64,000 bases of DNA from an uncultured bacterium. GTDB lineage: Bacteria > Patescibacteriota > Minisyncoccia > Phycocordibacterales > GCA-2401445. Positions 49,166-59,428 of the stretch are shown here, in pieces (within the stretch, counting starts at the first letter, position 1; each line of letters opens with the position of its first letter). Both the position numbers and the translations under genes were made by a program. The notes beneath the pieces are model-generated. The model was not told where the DNA came from. It made no database searches and was given only the letters and a program-made list of their open reading frames with translations. The stretch is taken from the NCBI GenBank assembly GCA_937952265.1, contig CALFYW010000055.1, positions 58,478-122,477 on the forward strand. Reading direction: 5' to 3'.

Positions 49166-50929
49166 ATGTATCGGCACGGTTTAGGTCGAAGGAGGGCGGG
49201 ATATTCAAATCAAGATATTGCTCCCGATGAAATTTTTCTCGACTCTCATAATCTTCCAAATTTTGACACCCACCAATTTCAGGGTCGCATTGAGCGCCCC
49301 CTGAATCAGCGGAGTTTTATTTTTTTAGGGATTGCTTTTTTCATTGCGGGAGTAATTTTCTTGTGGCAATTATGGAATTTACAGGTAGTAAATGGAGAGG
49401 CATACGCTTCACGTAGTGAAGCAAATCGCCTTCGGAACGCACTCATCTTTGCCGAACGAGGGGTAATTTATGATCGACACGGAGAGGAATTAGCGTGGAA
49501 TGTTCCTTATGAGGAAGAGAATTTTGCACGGCGCATGTATGCAAAACTCCCAGGACTTTCACATGTCCTTGGATATGTTGGATATCCTGCGAACGATACC
49601 TCAGGAGTGTATTATCAAGAAGAGTATATTGGATATGATGGCGCGGAGCGAGCATTTAACGATCTCATTGGTGGATCAAACGGATTACAAATCATTGAGA
49701 CTGATGCATTTGGTAATGTTGAATCTGGTAATACACTGCGTCCTCCCGAGGATGGGGATAGCGTGACGCTCTCGATTGACAGCAAATTGCAATCAGCATT
49801 CTTTGAACGTATACAGCAAACCGCGCGCGACCGAGGTTTTGAAGGAGGCGCCGCTATTATGCTTGACGTAACAAACGGAGAAGTACTCGCGTTAACAAGC
49901 TTTCCAGAATATGAGTCGCAGGTATTGACTGATGGTGTCGATGTCGACGCAATTAATACGTATCGCTTAGAGAAAGATACTCCATTTTTAAACCGCGCAA
50001 TTTCTGGACGCTACATTCCAGGTTCGATTATAAAACCATTTGTCGCGTTAAGCGCGCTTGAGGAAGGGATTATTGCTCCTGAAAAAGAAATTTTAAGCAC
50101 AGGCGCCCTCACCATACCAAACCCCTATTTCCCAGATCAGCCGTCCGTATTTCGAGACTGGAAAGTACATGGGTGGGTAGATATGCGTGAAGCGATCGCG
50201 GTATCCTCGGACGTGTATTTTTATCAAATTGGGGGTGGGTACGAAGGTCAGGAAGGTCTTGGGATTGAAAAGATTGAAAACTATATGCGACTATATGGAT
50301 TTAGCGAAAAAACCAACATTGAATTGGACGGTGAAATAGAAGGGATTATTCCTACACCCGCGTGGAAAGCGCAACATTTCGAGGGTGAGCCGTGGCGTCT
50401 TGGAAATACCTACCATACCGCCATTGGGCAATACGGTTTTCAAACCACCCCGATTCAGGTTGCGCGTAGCGTCGCGCTTCTTGCAAACGGTGGAGAGCTT
50501 ATTTACCCGACGTTACTAAAAGGAGAGGGTAAATCAGTTGAACGGAGCGTAACCGTTAATCCAGAACACCTGAAGGTCGTCATAGAAGGAATGCGAGACG
50601 CCGTACTCACCGGAACCGCATCCGCGCTTTCTTTGCCAGAAGTCGCTATTGCCGCAAAGACGGGAACCGCAGAAGTTGGTCTATCCAAGCAATCTGTCCA
50701 TTCCTGGGTTGTCGGATTCTTTCCTTACGAGAAACCGCGATATGCGTTTGTGGTTTTAATGGAAAAAGGTCCAAGTACGAACCTTGTTGGAGCGTCTTCA
50801 GTGATGCGGTCAGTTCTTGAATGGATGTATGCACATACTCCATACTACCTAGAAGGGAGGGATGCTCCACAAAATGCTTCTTTGCAAAAAGACCACGAAT
50901 CCCCCCAAGGGGTGTTGGTTGACTTTTAG
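49166..50929 (+). CDS. mrdA: Penicillin-binding protein 2 (elongasome transpeptidase)
   Basis: SxxK in GSIIKPF, SxN-like SSD, KTGTA, an N-terminal TM, and position after mreBCD. Confidence 0.85.
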   Translation: MYRHGLGRRRAGYSNQDIAPDEIFLDSHNLPNFDTHQFQGRIERPLNQRSFIFLGIAFFIAGVIFLWQLWNLQVVNGEAYASRSEANRLRNALIFAERGVIYDRHGEELAWNVPYEEENFARRMYAKLPGLSHVLGYVGYPANDTSGVYYQEEYIGYDGAERAFNDLIGGSNGLQIIETDAFGNVESGNTLRPPEDGDSVTLSIDSKLQSAFFERIQQTARDRGFEGGAAIMLDVTNGEVLALTSFPEYESQVLTDGVDVDAINTYRLEKDTPFLNRAISGRYIPGSIIKPFVALSALEEGIIAPEKEILSTGALTIPNPYFPDQPSVFRDWKVHGWVDMREAIAVSSDVYFYQIGGGYEGQEGLGIEKIENYMRLYGFSEKTNIELDGEIEGIIPTPAWKAQHFEGEPWRLGNTYHTAIGQYGFQTTPIQVARSVALLANGGELIYPTLLKGEGKSVERSVTVNPEHLKVVIEGMRDAVLTGTASALSLPEVAIAAKTGTAEVGLSKQSVHSWVVGFFPYEKPRYAFVVLMEKGPSTNLVGASSVMRSVLEWMYAHTPYYLEGRDAPQNASLQKDHESPQGVLVDF

Positions 50930-50993
50930 GGGGAGTAAGATACACTAAAGTACGCTATAAACTAAGTTCTATATTGAATAATGATGTATTGGT

Positions 50994-51461
50994 ATGGAAA
51001 AAGGAAAAGAATATCTAACGCAAGAGAAATTTGACGAACTTTCGGAGGAGCTTGATCACCTTCGCCGTGTCAAGCGTCGGGAGATTGCTGAAAACTTAGA
51101 ATATGCGAAGTCATTGGGTGACCTTTCTGAAAATGCAGAATACCATCAGGCGCGTGAACAGCAAGCAACCGTGGAAGAGCGAATTACTACTTTGGAGAGC
51201 ATTCTTCGTTCAGCCGAAATTGTCTCCGTGCACCACAGTGATGTGGTTGAGGTGGGTTCGGTGGTAGTAGTTCAGAAAGATGGAACGAAAGAGCGGAAAA
51301 CATATCAAGTAGTAAGCCCGGAAGAGTCTGATATTGCCGCAGGGAAAATATCGTATCGATCTCCTCTAGGAGAAACCATGCTTGGAAAGAAAAAGAAAGA
51401 AAAATTTATATTTAATACTCCGAGTGGAAAAATGCAGTATACGATCCTTGATATTCAGTAA
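50994..51461 (+). CDS. greA: Transcription elongation factor GreA
   Basis: 155 aa. LTQEKFDELSEELDHL...DLSENAEYHQAREQQA is the classic GreA coiled-coil. Confidence 0.85.
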   Translation: MEKGKEYLTQEKFDELSEELDHLRRVKRREIAENLEYAKSLGDLSENAEYHQAREQQATVEERITTLESILRSAEIVSVHHSDVVEVGSVVVVQKDGTKERKTYQVVSPEESDIAAGKISYRSPLGETMLGKKKKEKFIFNTPSGKMQYTILDIQ

Positions 51462-51485
51462 TCGCAAAATTTTGTTTTAAAAAAC

Positions 51486-51511
51486 ACCATCCCTTGAGGG
51501 GATGGCGTTTT
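51486..51511 (+). terminator. Rho-independent terminator after greA
   Basis: CCATCCC-ttgag-GGGATGG stem-loop followed by CGTTTTT. Confidence 0.5.
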
Positions 51512-51554
51512 TAGATGTATTGTCAGCTATCGGGAAATAGTTTACCATCGACAT

Positions 51555-53153
51555 ATGATTTGGACAGATCATATCATTAAAGATATCCACGCTCGGTATG
51601 AATCCTTGATTGCGAAGAAGGTGCCGTTAGTGATTCGAGACGAGAAGACCATTTCAGGAAGGGTGCACGTGGGGTCTTTGCGGGGAGTTGCGGTTCACGG
51701 AACGATTGACGAGCTCTTGGCTCGGGAAGAGGTCGCTCACACGTTTCTCTATGAACTAAATGATTTTGATGTCTTCGATAGTATTCCTGAATATTTAGAT
51801 AAAAAAAGCTACGAACCATATCTCGGAGCACCACTCATGAATGTTCCTTTTCTTGGAGAGGAAGGGAGAGGGGCGAAGTATCCAGAATATTTTGGAGGAG
51901 AATTTCAAAGCGTGATTGAAGAAAATGGATTTCATCCTTCTTATTATTGGGCGAGTGAGCTCTATCGATCGGGTAAAATGAATGAGGTAATACGTACCGC
52001 ATTAGAACAAAAAGATCTGATACGTGAAATCTATAAGGAGGTGTCAGGGTCAATTAAGCATGAATCATGGCTTCCCGTGAGTGTGATTTGTGAACAATGT
52101 GGTAAGATCGCCACCACGCAAGCAGAAACCTTTGATGGAGTACGTGTTGGCTATCGATGTCGGAAGGATGCCGTATCGTGGACTCATGGCTGTGGGTATG
52201 AAGGCAGCAGATCTCCTTTTGATGGGAATGCGAAGCTGTTGTGGAAGGTTGAGTGGGCTGCAAAATTCAAGGTGCTTGATGTGCACGTTGAGGGCGGGGG
52301 AAAAGATCATTCAACGAAAGGTGGGGCGCGCGATGTTGCAAATCATATCGCCGAGAAGGTATTTCACCACAATCCTCCTATCGATATTCCTTATGAATTT
52401 TTTCTTGTGGGTGGGAAGAAGATGTCATCCTCAAAGGGTCGTGGCGCTTCAGCGCGTGAGGTAAGTGATATGCTCCCCCCGCACTTACTGCGCCTTGCAA
52501 TGGTCGGAAAAGATATCAATCAAGCATTTAATTTTGTGCCGGATGGCGACACCATTCCTTTGTTATATGATCTCTACGATGAATTAGCGGAAAATTATTT
52601 TGCAGGTAATGATGATGACCGATCGCGAATATTCAGGCTCATTCACGCGCCTCACCAAGAACAAGGTCTGGTAAAGCGCTTCTTGCCACGATTCTCGCAG
52701 GTTGCTTTTCTGATTCAGATGCCACATATCGATTTTGATCAAGAGATGGAGCGCCTCAAAGGCGATGTACTCTCACTAGAGGATCAAGGAGAAATTGCGA
52801 GTCGAGCACAATATGCAAGCACGTGGCTTACTCATGGAGCCCCTGATAAATATCGATTTGAACTCGCACTTAATTATCTTCCAGAAGGCGTTTCGAATCT
52901 CTCGGATACCCAAAAGCAGGCGCTCGGAGAAATCGCGCGGCTGGTCGAATCTCAAACTCAATTTGACGGACAAGAGCTTCATACCGCACTTCATGAGGTA
53001 AAAAATAATTCAAATCTTTCTCCGAAGGAATTTTTTGAAGGAGTATACGTGAGTTTTCTTGGAAAAAATTATGGGCCGAAGGCAGGGTGGTTTTTAAGTG
53101 TGCTTGATCGAGATTTTTTAATTAAGCGCCTAAAAGAAGCAAGCGTGGCGTAA
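51555..53153 (+). CDS. lysK: Class I lysyl-tRNA synthetase (LysK-type)
   Basis: HIGH-region variant GRVHVGSLRG (compare class I LysRS VHIGN), KMSSSKG (KMSKS variant), and a Cys cluster CEQCG...CRK...CGYEG. Confidence 0.65.
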   Translation: MIWTDHIIKDIHARYESLIAKKVPLVIRDEKTISGRVHVGSLRGVAVHGTIDELLAREEVAHTFLYELNDFDVFDSIPEYLDKKSYEPYLGAPLMNVPFLGEEGRGAKYPEYFGGEFQSVIEENGFHPSYYWASELYRSGKMNEVIRTALEQKDLIREIYKEVSGSIKHESWLPVSVICEQCGKIATTQAETFDGVRVGYRCRKDAVSWTHGCGYEGSRSPFDGNAKLLWKVEWAAKFKVLDVHVEGGGKDHSTKGGARDVANHIAEKVFHHNPPIDIPYEFFLVGGKKMSSSKGRGASAREVSDMLPPHLLRLAMVGKDINQAFNFVPDGDTIPLLYDLYDELAENYFAGNDDDRSRIFRLIHAPHQEQGLVKRFLPRFSQVAFLIQMPHIDFDQEMERLKGDVLSLEDQGEIASRAQYASTWLTHGAPDKYRFELALNYLPEGVSNLSDTQKQALGEIARLVESQTQFDGQELHTALHEVKNNSNLSPKEFFEGVYVSFLGKNYGPKAGWFLSVLDRDFLIKRLKEASVA

Positions 53154-53184
53154 CAATAAGTGAGTGTTACGAAAGGAGAAAAAG

Positions 53185-53207
53185 CTGGGGAGGGCCCCAG
53201 TTTTTTT
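53185..53207 (+). terminator. Rho-independent terminator after lysK
   Basis: CTGGGG-aggg-CCCCAG followed by TTTTTTT. Confidence 0.6.
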
Positions 53208-53244
53208 ACGCGTGGCTGACTGTGGATAAGTAGAATTTGCAATA

Positions 53245-53290
53245 GTGGGATGAAGTGTAATAAAATATCACTTGAGTGGGAAATAGTGGG
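53245..53290 (+). promoter_or_regulatory. MraZ-box-like direct repeats (GTGGG x3; two spaced exactly 10 bp) upstream of mraZ
   Basis: aaTAGTGGGAtg at 53245; gAGTGGGAAAtAGTGGGAAAc with GTGGG at 53276 and 53286. Confidence 0.5.
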
Positions 53291-53431
53291 AAACTTGTAC
53301 ATACAAAGTTGTCACACGCTCAATTTTTGGCTCTTTTCTTTTTTGTTCTTTTTTCATACTCATCATTCATTATGAAAGGAGCCGAAAATTGAGCGTGTGT
53401 ATACACACAATAACTTTCTCATTATCGAGGT

Positions 53432-53866
53432 ATGTTTATCGGAGAATACACACATACCATTGACGAAAAAAAACGATTATCGCTTCCCGTAAAATTTCGA
53501 AAGGAATTAGGGAAGCGAATCGTGGTGACTCCGGGTCTTGACGGATGCCTCTTTGTTTTTGCCATTAACGAATGGGAACGCATCTCGTCAAGACTTTCCG
53601 AGTCATCGATGCTTCAAGCTGATGCACGGAGTTTTAATCGCTACATGTTTGGCGGAGCAGTTGAGGTTGAGGTAGATGGAGTGGGGAGAATCTTAGTTCC
53701 TGATTTTCTGCGTGATCGAGCTCGATTAAAAAACCGAGTAGTGATTATCGGCGTACAAGGGCGCGTTGAGATATGGAATGAAAAGTCGTGGCGCGACTAT
53801 AAGAGCATCGTAGAAAAACAGGCTGATACACTTGCAGAGAAACTTGGTAATGTAGGTGTTCTCTAG
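53432..53866 (+). CDS. mraZ: Transcriptional regulator MraZ
   Basis: MFIGEYTHTIDEKKRLSLPVKFR... duplicated MraZ/SpoVT-AbrB fold, at the head of the dcw cluster. Confidence 0.9.
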   Translation: MFIGEYTHTIDEKKRLSLPVKFRKELGKRIVVTPGLDGCLFVFAINEWERISSRLSESSMLQADARSFNRYMFGGAVEVEVDGVGRILVPDFLRDRARLKNRVVIIGVQGRVEIWNEKSWRDYKSIVEKQADTLAEKLGNVGVL

Positions 53867-53912
53867 AAAATCCTCATTCATCACCTTATTTTTGATTTTA
53901 AATGTAAGGCGT

Positions 53913-54815
53913 ATGATGAATTACCATTTGAGCGTGCTTCTGGAAGAGTCTTTCAAAGGGCTTCAAATAAAGGCCGGAGATGTTTTTTTTGATGGGACGG
54001 TTGGTGATGGGGGAATGGAACTAAAGATTTGCCAAGAGTATGGGAAAGAAGTGTTACTCATAGGTACGGACCTTGATCGTGAAGCTCTGCTTCGCGCAAA
54101 AACAAGGATTGAACACGCGGGATGCAAACCTCAGTTCGAACATGCAAATTTCCGAGACATTGATGTAGTGCTTCAAAAGCTCGGAATCAAAAAGATTAAT
54201 TGCGCGTTCTTTGACTTAGGTATGAGTTCTTTTGAGATCGATGCTTCTGGAAGAGGTTTCTCTTTTCAGAAACGCGAACCGCTCATCATGACACTCGATG
54301 ATCGTCCAACTGAAGAGGCGCTTACTGCCCGTGAGATTGTTAATAAATGGGATGAAGCACATCTCGTTGATATCTTGCGGGGATACGGAGAGGAGCGTTT
54401 TGCAAAACGCATTGCTCGGGCTATCGTCGAATATCGAAGAGAAAAGGCGATTAAGGAAACCCATGAGCTGCGAGACATCATAATTTCAGCAGTGCCGTTT
54501 TTCTATCGACGCGGAAGGATCAATCCCGCAACCAAAACCTTTCAAGCTCTGCGTATTACCGTCAATGATGAAATCCGATCTCTGAAAGAAGCGCTTCGAA
54601 AAACATTCACCATGCTTCAAGCGGGAGGTAGGATCGCCGTTATCAGTTTCCACAGCATTGAAGATCGCACCGTCAAAAATTATTTTAAAGACCTTGCTCG
54701 TTTTCGTGACGCAGTAGTACTTACCAAAAAACCAATCGTGCCAAGCGCGGAAGAAGTAGAAAAAAACCCTCGTGCACGAAGTGCAAAACTCCGAATTATC
54801 GAAAAAAGAAAATGA
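53913..54815 (+). CDS. rsmH: 16S rRNA (cytosine1402-N4)-methyltransferase RsmH (MraW)
   Basis: YHLSVLLEES...FFDGTVGDGG (SAM-binding). ATG at 53913. Confidence 0.9.
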   Translation: MMNYHLSVLLEESFKGLQIKAGDVFFDGTVGDGGMELKICQEYGKEVLLIGTDLDREALLRAKTRIEHAGCKPQFEHANFRDIDVVLQKLGIKKINCAFFDLGMSSFEIDASGRGFSFQKREPLIMTLDDRPTEEALTAREIVNKWDEAHLVDILRGYGEERFAKRIARAIVEYRREKAIKETHELRDIIISAVPFFYRRGRINPATKTFQALRITVNDEIRSLKEALRKTFTMLQAGGRIAVISFHSIEDRTVKNYFKDLARFRDAVVLTKKPIVPSAEEVEKNPRARSAKLRIIEKRK

Positions 54816-55108
54816 AAAAAATTTATTTCAAAAAAACATATATCGCATCACTCGTCTGGATTTTAAGCGGGTTTGTTCTGGTGAGCGCTTTATTCTACCT
54901 CTATCTTTTAAATGAGACAGTTAAGCATGTGGTCGCTCGGCAAGAGGCAGAGCGTACCCTCGCATCACTTGATGAAGTGGTTGCAAATCGCGAGGTGTCG
55001 TATTTAACGAAGCGAGAACTCATCACACTTGAATACGCGCACGCCCAAGGGTTTGAGGAAGCGTCTGACGCGCTCTTTATCACGAGACCGTTCTTTGGTA
55101 GGCGCTAG
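54812..55108 (+). CDS. FtsL-like small bitopic membrane protein
   Basis: 98 aa with one TM helix, in the ftsL position between rsmH and ftsI. Confidence 0.45.
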   Translation: MKKIYFKKTYIASLVWILSGFVLVSALFYLYLLNETVKHVVARQEAERTLASLDEVVANREVSYLTKRELITLEYAHAQGFEEASDALFITRPFFGRR

Positions 55109-55122
55109 TGTATTAATGAGGT

Positions 55123-56856
55123 ATGAAGTTTAAATTTCTTTTTCGGATACGTGTAGTATCTGCCCTAATATTTCTTTTTGCGTTAGTGTTGATTGGGCGT
55201 TTGTATAGTGTGCAGATTGTGCATGGCGGGGCATATAGTAAGCAGGCCGACCGCCAATACCTTCGTTCGCAAAATTTATCATTTGAGCGAGGGGCAATTT
55301 TTTTTAATGATCGAGATGGAAAAGCGGTACGAGGCGCATCTTTGCAATCAGGTTTTACCCTTGCAATTAACCCCTCTCGCCTTACAAACCTCGAAGAGAC
55401 GTATCAGAAGTTAAACACCGTCGTAGCGATTGATCGAGAGCTTTTCTTCACACGCGCAGAAAAGAAAGACGATCCATATGAAGAAATCGTTCATCAGCTT
55501 GAGGATACCCATGCGAAACGGATTCGAGAAATGGACTTGCCGGGTGTTTCTCTGTATCGAGAAGAATGGCGATATTACCCAGGAAAATCACTTGCTTCAC
55601 ACGTGCTGGGGTTTTTAGGATTTAACGAAGAAGGTGAATTGGGTGGGCAGTATGGGCTTGAACGATATTATGACTCAATACTTTCGCGAGAAGACGACCG
55701 TCTCTACGTGAATTTTTTTGCGGAAGTCTTTGGAAGCATTGATCGCATCCTTTCAAAGCAAGAGAATCGGCGAGAGGGTGATCTTCTGCTTACTATTGAG
55801 CCTTCCGTACAACGAATGCTTGAAAGTACCTTGGGAGATATTCAAGAATCTTGGCGGAGCAGTGAGACTGGAGCGGTAATCATTGACCCAGAGACCGGTG
55901 GAGTCTTTGCGTTGGGTGCGGTTCCAAACTTTGATCCCAATACATTTAACGAAGTGGATAATCCTTCATATTTCTCCAACCCTATTGTTGAACGAGTGTA
56001 TGAGATGGGTTCAATTATTAAGCCGATTACCTTAGCAATTGGGCTTGAAACGGGTGTTATTCAAGAGAAGAGCACCTATCTCGATCGAGGAAGCATTGTG
56101 GTGGATGGAGTTTCAATTTCAAATTATGACGGAGTTGCTCGAGGGGAGGTGCCGATGCAGGAAGTATTAAACCAGTCTTTGAATACGGGAGCTATTACTG
56201 TCGCTCAAAAAATCGGCAATGACCGTTTCAGAGACAGTCTCTACGAATTCGGGTTTGGAGAAGAGAGCGGTATTGATCTTCCGAACGAAGCCTCTGGCTT
56301 GGTTGATAATCTTTCAAGCAATCGAAATATTGAATATGCAACAGCTTCTTTTGGGCAGGGAATCGCGCTCACCCCTATTGCTACCGTGCGCGCGCTTTCG
56401 GCGCTTGCAAATGGGGGAGTGCTCATCACTCCGTATGTGGTAAAAGAGATTGATTACACATTCGGCCTTGATCATACCAGAAAGCCAGATCGTGGGACTC
56501 GAGTGATTAGCGAAGAAACATCAGCGACCATAACACGGATGTTGGTGAAGGTGGTTGATGAAGCGCTTCTCCAAGGAAGTCTCTCTCTCCCGCAATACAG
56601 TATTGCGGCAAAAACCGGAACCGCGCAACTTGCACGGGAGGATGGGAGCGGATATGACGATGAACGCTTCCTCCATTCATTTTTTGGATATTTCCCCGCA
56701 TATGAGCCGCGATTTTTGGTATTTCTCTATACACTGAAGCCAGAGGGTGCTCGATATGCTTCTGAGACCCTCACCACACCATTTATGGATATTGCGAAAT
56801 TTCTCATAAACTACTATGATATTCCACCTGATCGCTCACTTCAGGAATCACTATGA
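55123..56856 (+). CDS. ftsI: Penicillin-binding protein FtsI (PBP3-type transpeptidase)
   Basis: GSIIKPIT (SxxK), SISNYD (SxN), KTGTAQ, and an N-terminal TM. Confidence 0.85.
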   Translation: MKFKFLFRIRVVSALIFLFALVLIGRLYSVQIVHGGAYSKQADRQYLRSQNLSFERGAIFFNDRDGKAVRGASLQSGFTLAINPSRLTNLEETYQKLNTVVAIDRELFFTRAEKKDDPYEEIVHQLEDTHAKRIREMDLPGVSLYREEWRYYPGKSLASHVLGFLGFNEEGELGGQYGLERYYDSILSREDDRLYVNFFAEVFGSIDRILSKQENRREGDLLLTIEPSVQRMLESTLGDIQESWRSSETGAVIIDPETGGVFALGAVPNFDPNTFNEVDNPSYFSNPIVERVYEMGSIIKPITLAIGLETGVIQEKSTYLDRGSIVVDGVSISNYDGVARGEVPMQEVLNQSLNTGAITVAQKIGNDRFRDSLYEFGFGEESGIDLPNEASGLVDNLSSNRNIEYATASFGQGIALTPIATVRALSALANGGVLITPYVVKEIDYTFGLDHTRKPDRGTRVISEETSATITRMLVKVVDEALLQGSLSLPQYSIAAKTGTAQLAREDGSGYDDERFLHSFFGYFPAYEPRFLVFLYTLKPEGARYASETLTTPFMDIAKFLINYYDIPPDRSLQESL

Positions 56857-58157
56857 AATCAATTTTTAAAAAGATCATTGTGTGGGTCCTCACACTCGAA
56901 GCACGCGCGGTGCTTTGGAAGTATAAGCCAAAGATCGTTGCAATAACTGGAAGCGTGGGGAAGACCTCAGCAAAGGACGCGATCTTCTCAGTTATTTCAA
57001 ATGAGTTTTTTACTCGCAAGAGCGAGAAGAGTTTCAATAGCGAGCTTGGTGTTCCTCTCACCATTCTCGGGTGCCCTAACGGGTGGTATAACCCAATTCA
57101 GTGGACACAGAATATCCTACAAGGGGTAAAGCTTCTGGTAATGAAAAGTCGATATCCTGAGTGGCTCATTCTTGAAGTAGGCGCTGATCGCCCTGGAGAT
57201 ATTGCTCGTATTGGGCGTTGGCTCAAGCCTGATGTGGCTGTGGTAACCTATGTTGGGGCGAAGATTCCGGCGCATGTTGAATTCTTTAAAAATCCTGAAG
57301 AACTTTTTGAAGAAAAAAAGAAATTAGTATACGCGTTAAAACCAACCGGCACCCTTATCTTAAATCACGATGATCGAATCGCGTTTGGATTTCGTCGGAT
57401 ATTTTCAGGGAACATTATCTCTTACGGCTTTAACGAACACGCGGCAATTCGCGCGCTTAATGATGAATTTGTTTATCAGAAAACTCCTGAAGCAGGAGTT
57501 CGTGGTATTGGGTTTAAAATAGAAGCGGATGGAAATGTGATTCCTGTTATGCTTCAAAACATATTAGGGCGACAGCATATCTACGCAGCATTGGCAGGAT
57601 TTGCGGTGGGAGTTTTGCATGGTATAAATCCAGTAAAAATAAGCCAGGCGCTTCAACAATATGAGACACCGCCAGGGCGAATGCGCCTCGTGCCGGGAAA
57701 GAAGGAGACTCTGATTATCGATGATACATATAACGCATCACCTGTTGCGGTTGAAGCGGCGCTTGATGCTATGTTACGCATTGAGGCTTCAGGCAGAAAG
57801 ATCGCGGTATTAGGGGATATGCTTGAGCTCGGGCAATATTCTGGGGATGCGCATCGAACGATTGGAGAGAAAGTGGGCGCCTGTGTCGATATACTAGTAA
57901 CGGTTGGTATACGCGCGAAAATGATCGCGCACTCCGCACAGGAGCATGGTTTTAAGAAACGTTCAATAAAGAGCTTCACCGATCTTGATGAAGCGTGTAG
58001 CTGGCTTAGCAAGAATATAAAAAAAGGTGATTTAGTACTTATTAAAGGTTCGCAAGGAATGCGTATGGAGCGTATCGTAGCCCTACTCCTCGCCGATTCA
58101 GCTGAAGCATCGCGCCTCTTGGTACGCCAAGACGCCGAGTGGAAAAAGAGAGTTTGA
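56853..58157 (+). CDS. murF: UDP-MurNAc-tripeptide--D-Ala-D-Ala ligase (MurF)
   Basis: KIVAITGSVGKTSAKDAI P-loop and the MurF-typical NSELGVPLTIL. Confidence 0.75.
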   Translation: MKSIFKKIIVWVLTLEARAVLWKYKPKIVAITGSVGKTSAKDAIFSVISNEFFTRKSEKSFNSELGVPLTILGCPNGWYNPIQWTQNILQGVKLLVMKSRYPEWLILEVGADRPGDIARIGRWLKPDVAVVTYVGAKIPAHVEFFKNPEELFEEKKKLVYALKPTGTLILNHDDRIAFGFRRIFSGNIISYGFNEHAAIRALNDEFVYQKTPEAGVRGIGFKIEADGNVIPVMLQNILGRQHIYAALAGFAVGVLHGINPVKISQALQQYETPPGRMRLVPGKKETLIIDDTYNASPVAVEAALDAMLRIEASGRKIAVLGDMLELGQYSGDAHRTIGEKVGACVDILVTVGIRAKMIAHSAQEHGFKKRSIKSFTDLDEACSWLSKNIKKGDLVLIKGSQGMRMERIVALLLADSAEASRLLVRQDAEWKKRV

Positions 58158-58418
58158 TTCTGTAGTTTAGTATTTCTTTGAAGCAGCTACGTCTCTTCTG
58201 ACCACTATGCTACGAAAAATCATTATGAAAGATGAACAGTAAAAGTTTTACGTTCCACAATACTCTTCTTTGGAATTTGGACTTCGTCAACATAACCCCG
58301 ATTTCCTATAGTAGAAGCAAGATGCACCTCTTTTTCATTTTCGTTGACAAGGATCCCAACTACAGATAGATTTATTTCTGCAATTCTCCAGGATATATAT
58401 TCAGCGTGAATATCAAAA

Positions 58419-58763
58419 TTATTTTTCAAGTTTTTCTATCTTAGTAATAAATGATCTCGGAATATAATAGAAGGAAGCTTTCTCTTGAGGATGATTATGT
58501 ACTGAATCAGTTAATGTGATTGTCTCGGGATTTTTAAGGATGATGTATCGATCTGTTTCCTTAATTAAAGTACCCTCGGAAAGCATCTTGGTAAGTCGTC
58601 GATCTGCTTCTCCTCGATACTTATGTACATCGTTCCAATAGACTGCGACGTTTTCCATGATTATGCAATAGGAGCAACTGAAAGAGGAGTAGCTTGTAAG
58701 AGAGATTTTTTTGGAATAATTAATCCAGTCATATAGGGTGATGCGCCAGTACTCTTGCTCCAT
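58419..58763 (-). CDS. Hypothetical protein (one of three short, mutually overlapping minus-strand ORFs at 58223..58918; possibly a disrupted gene)
   Basis: Low-GC ORFs with no motif. 58661..58918 overlaps in another frame, which would be consistent with a frameshift. Confidence 0.2.
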   Translation of the reverse strand: MEQEYWRITLYDWINYSKKISLTSYSSFSCSYCIIMENVAVYWNDVHKYRGEADRRLTKMLSEGTLIKETDRYIILKNPETITLTDSVHNHPQEKASFYYIPRSFITKIEKLEK

Positions 58764-59394
58764 ACGAGTCCCACGTCAATAAAATCGGAAGTCATTGCAG
58801 CTAGTCGACCAAGTGTCTTCTGTGGTAGCGGTGGTGAAAGGGGGTTTGCGGTATACGAAAAAGAAGCATCTTCATATTCAAAAAGATAATAACGACCTAC
58901 CTGTAATGTTGATTCCATACATGGCTAGTATATAAAAAAAGTACACACCACTCAATCAACAGAACAGAGTGGTGTGTATCATGGCTACTACCAATTACGG
59001 TGTACCCTACTTTCCTTTCGGAAAGAGTTTTACACCACGGACCGGAGTTCTGTTTGCCCAAGAGGGAGCTGACTTAAAAAACCCACGGTCTGATCCACTT
59101 CTGGCTCCAGAATCGGTGTGGGCATCATGGTGCGCACGAGCTGTTTCTCTGCTCGATGAACCAGTATCTCGAGCGGCATCCTTTTCTGTATACTTACTCA
59201 TTATAACCTCAGCTTGTTGATGGTTGAGATATTGTCGTCATCCAAGTACTGAATGATCCCTTCCTCATCTGAGGATCCCATGGTCATTATATCGTAGTAG
59301 ATGTTCTTTGAGCCAAGATAGAGCCCTATGGGGACGATCCCGCAGTTACTAATTATTTTGCTCCATGTATTCTCAAAATAATAAGTTCACACGA

Positions 59395-59428
59395 TCAAAA
59401 AGCACTAGCAAAGGCTAGTGCTTTTTGA
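59395..59428. terminator. Bidirectional rho-independent terminator (AAAAA-GCACTAGC-aaagg-GCTAGTGC-TTTTT)
   Basis: Perfect 8-bp inverted repeat flanked by an A-run and a T-run, immediately 3' of the minus-strand tRNA-Glu. Confidence 0.6.
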
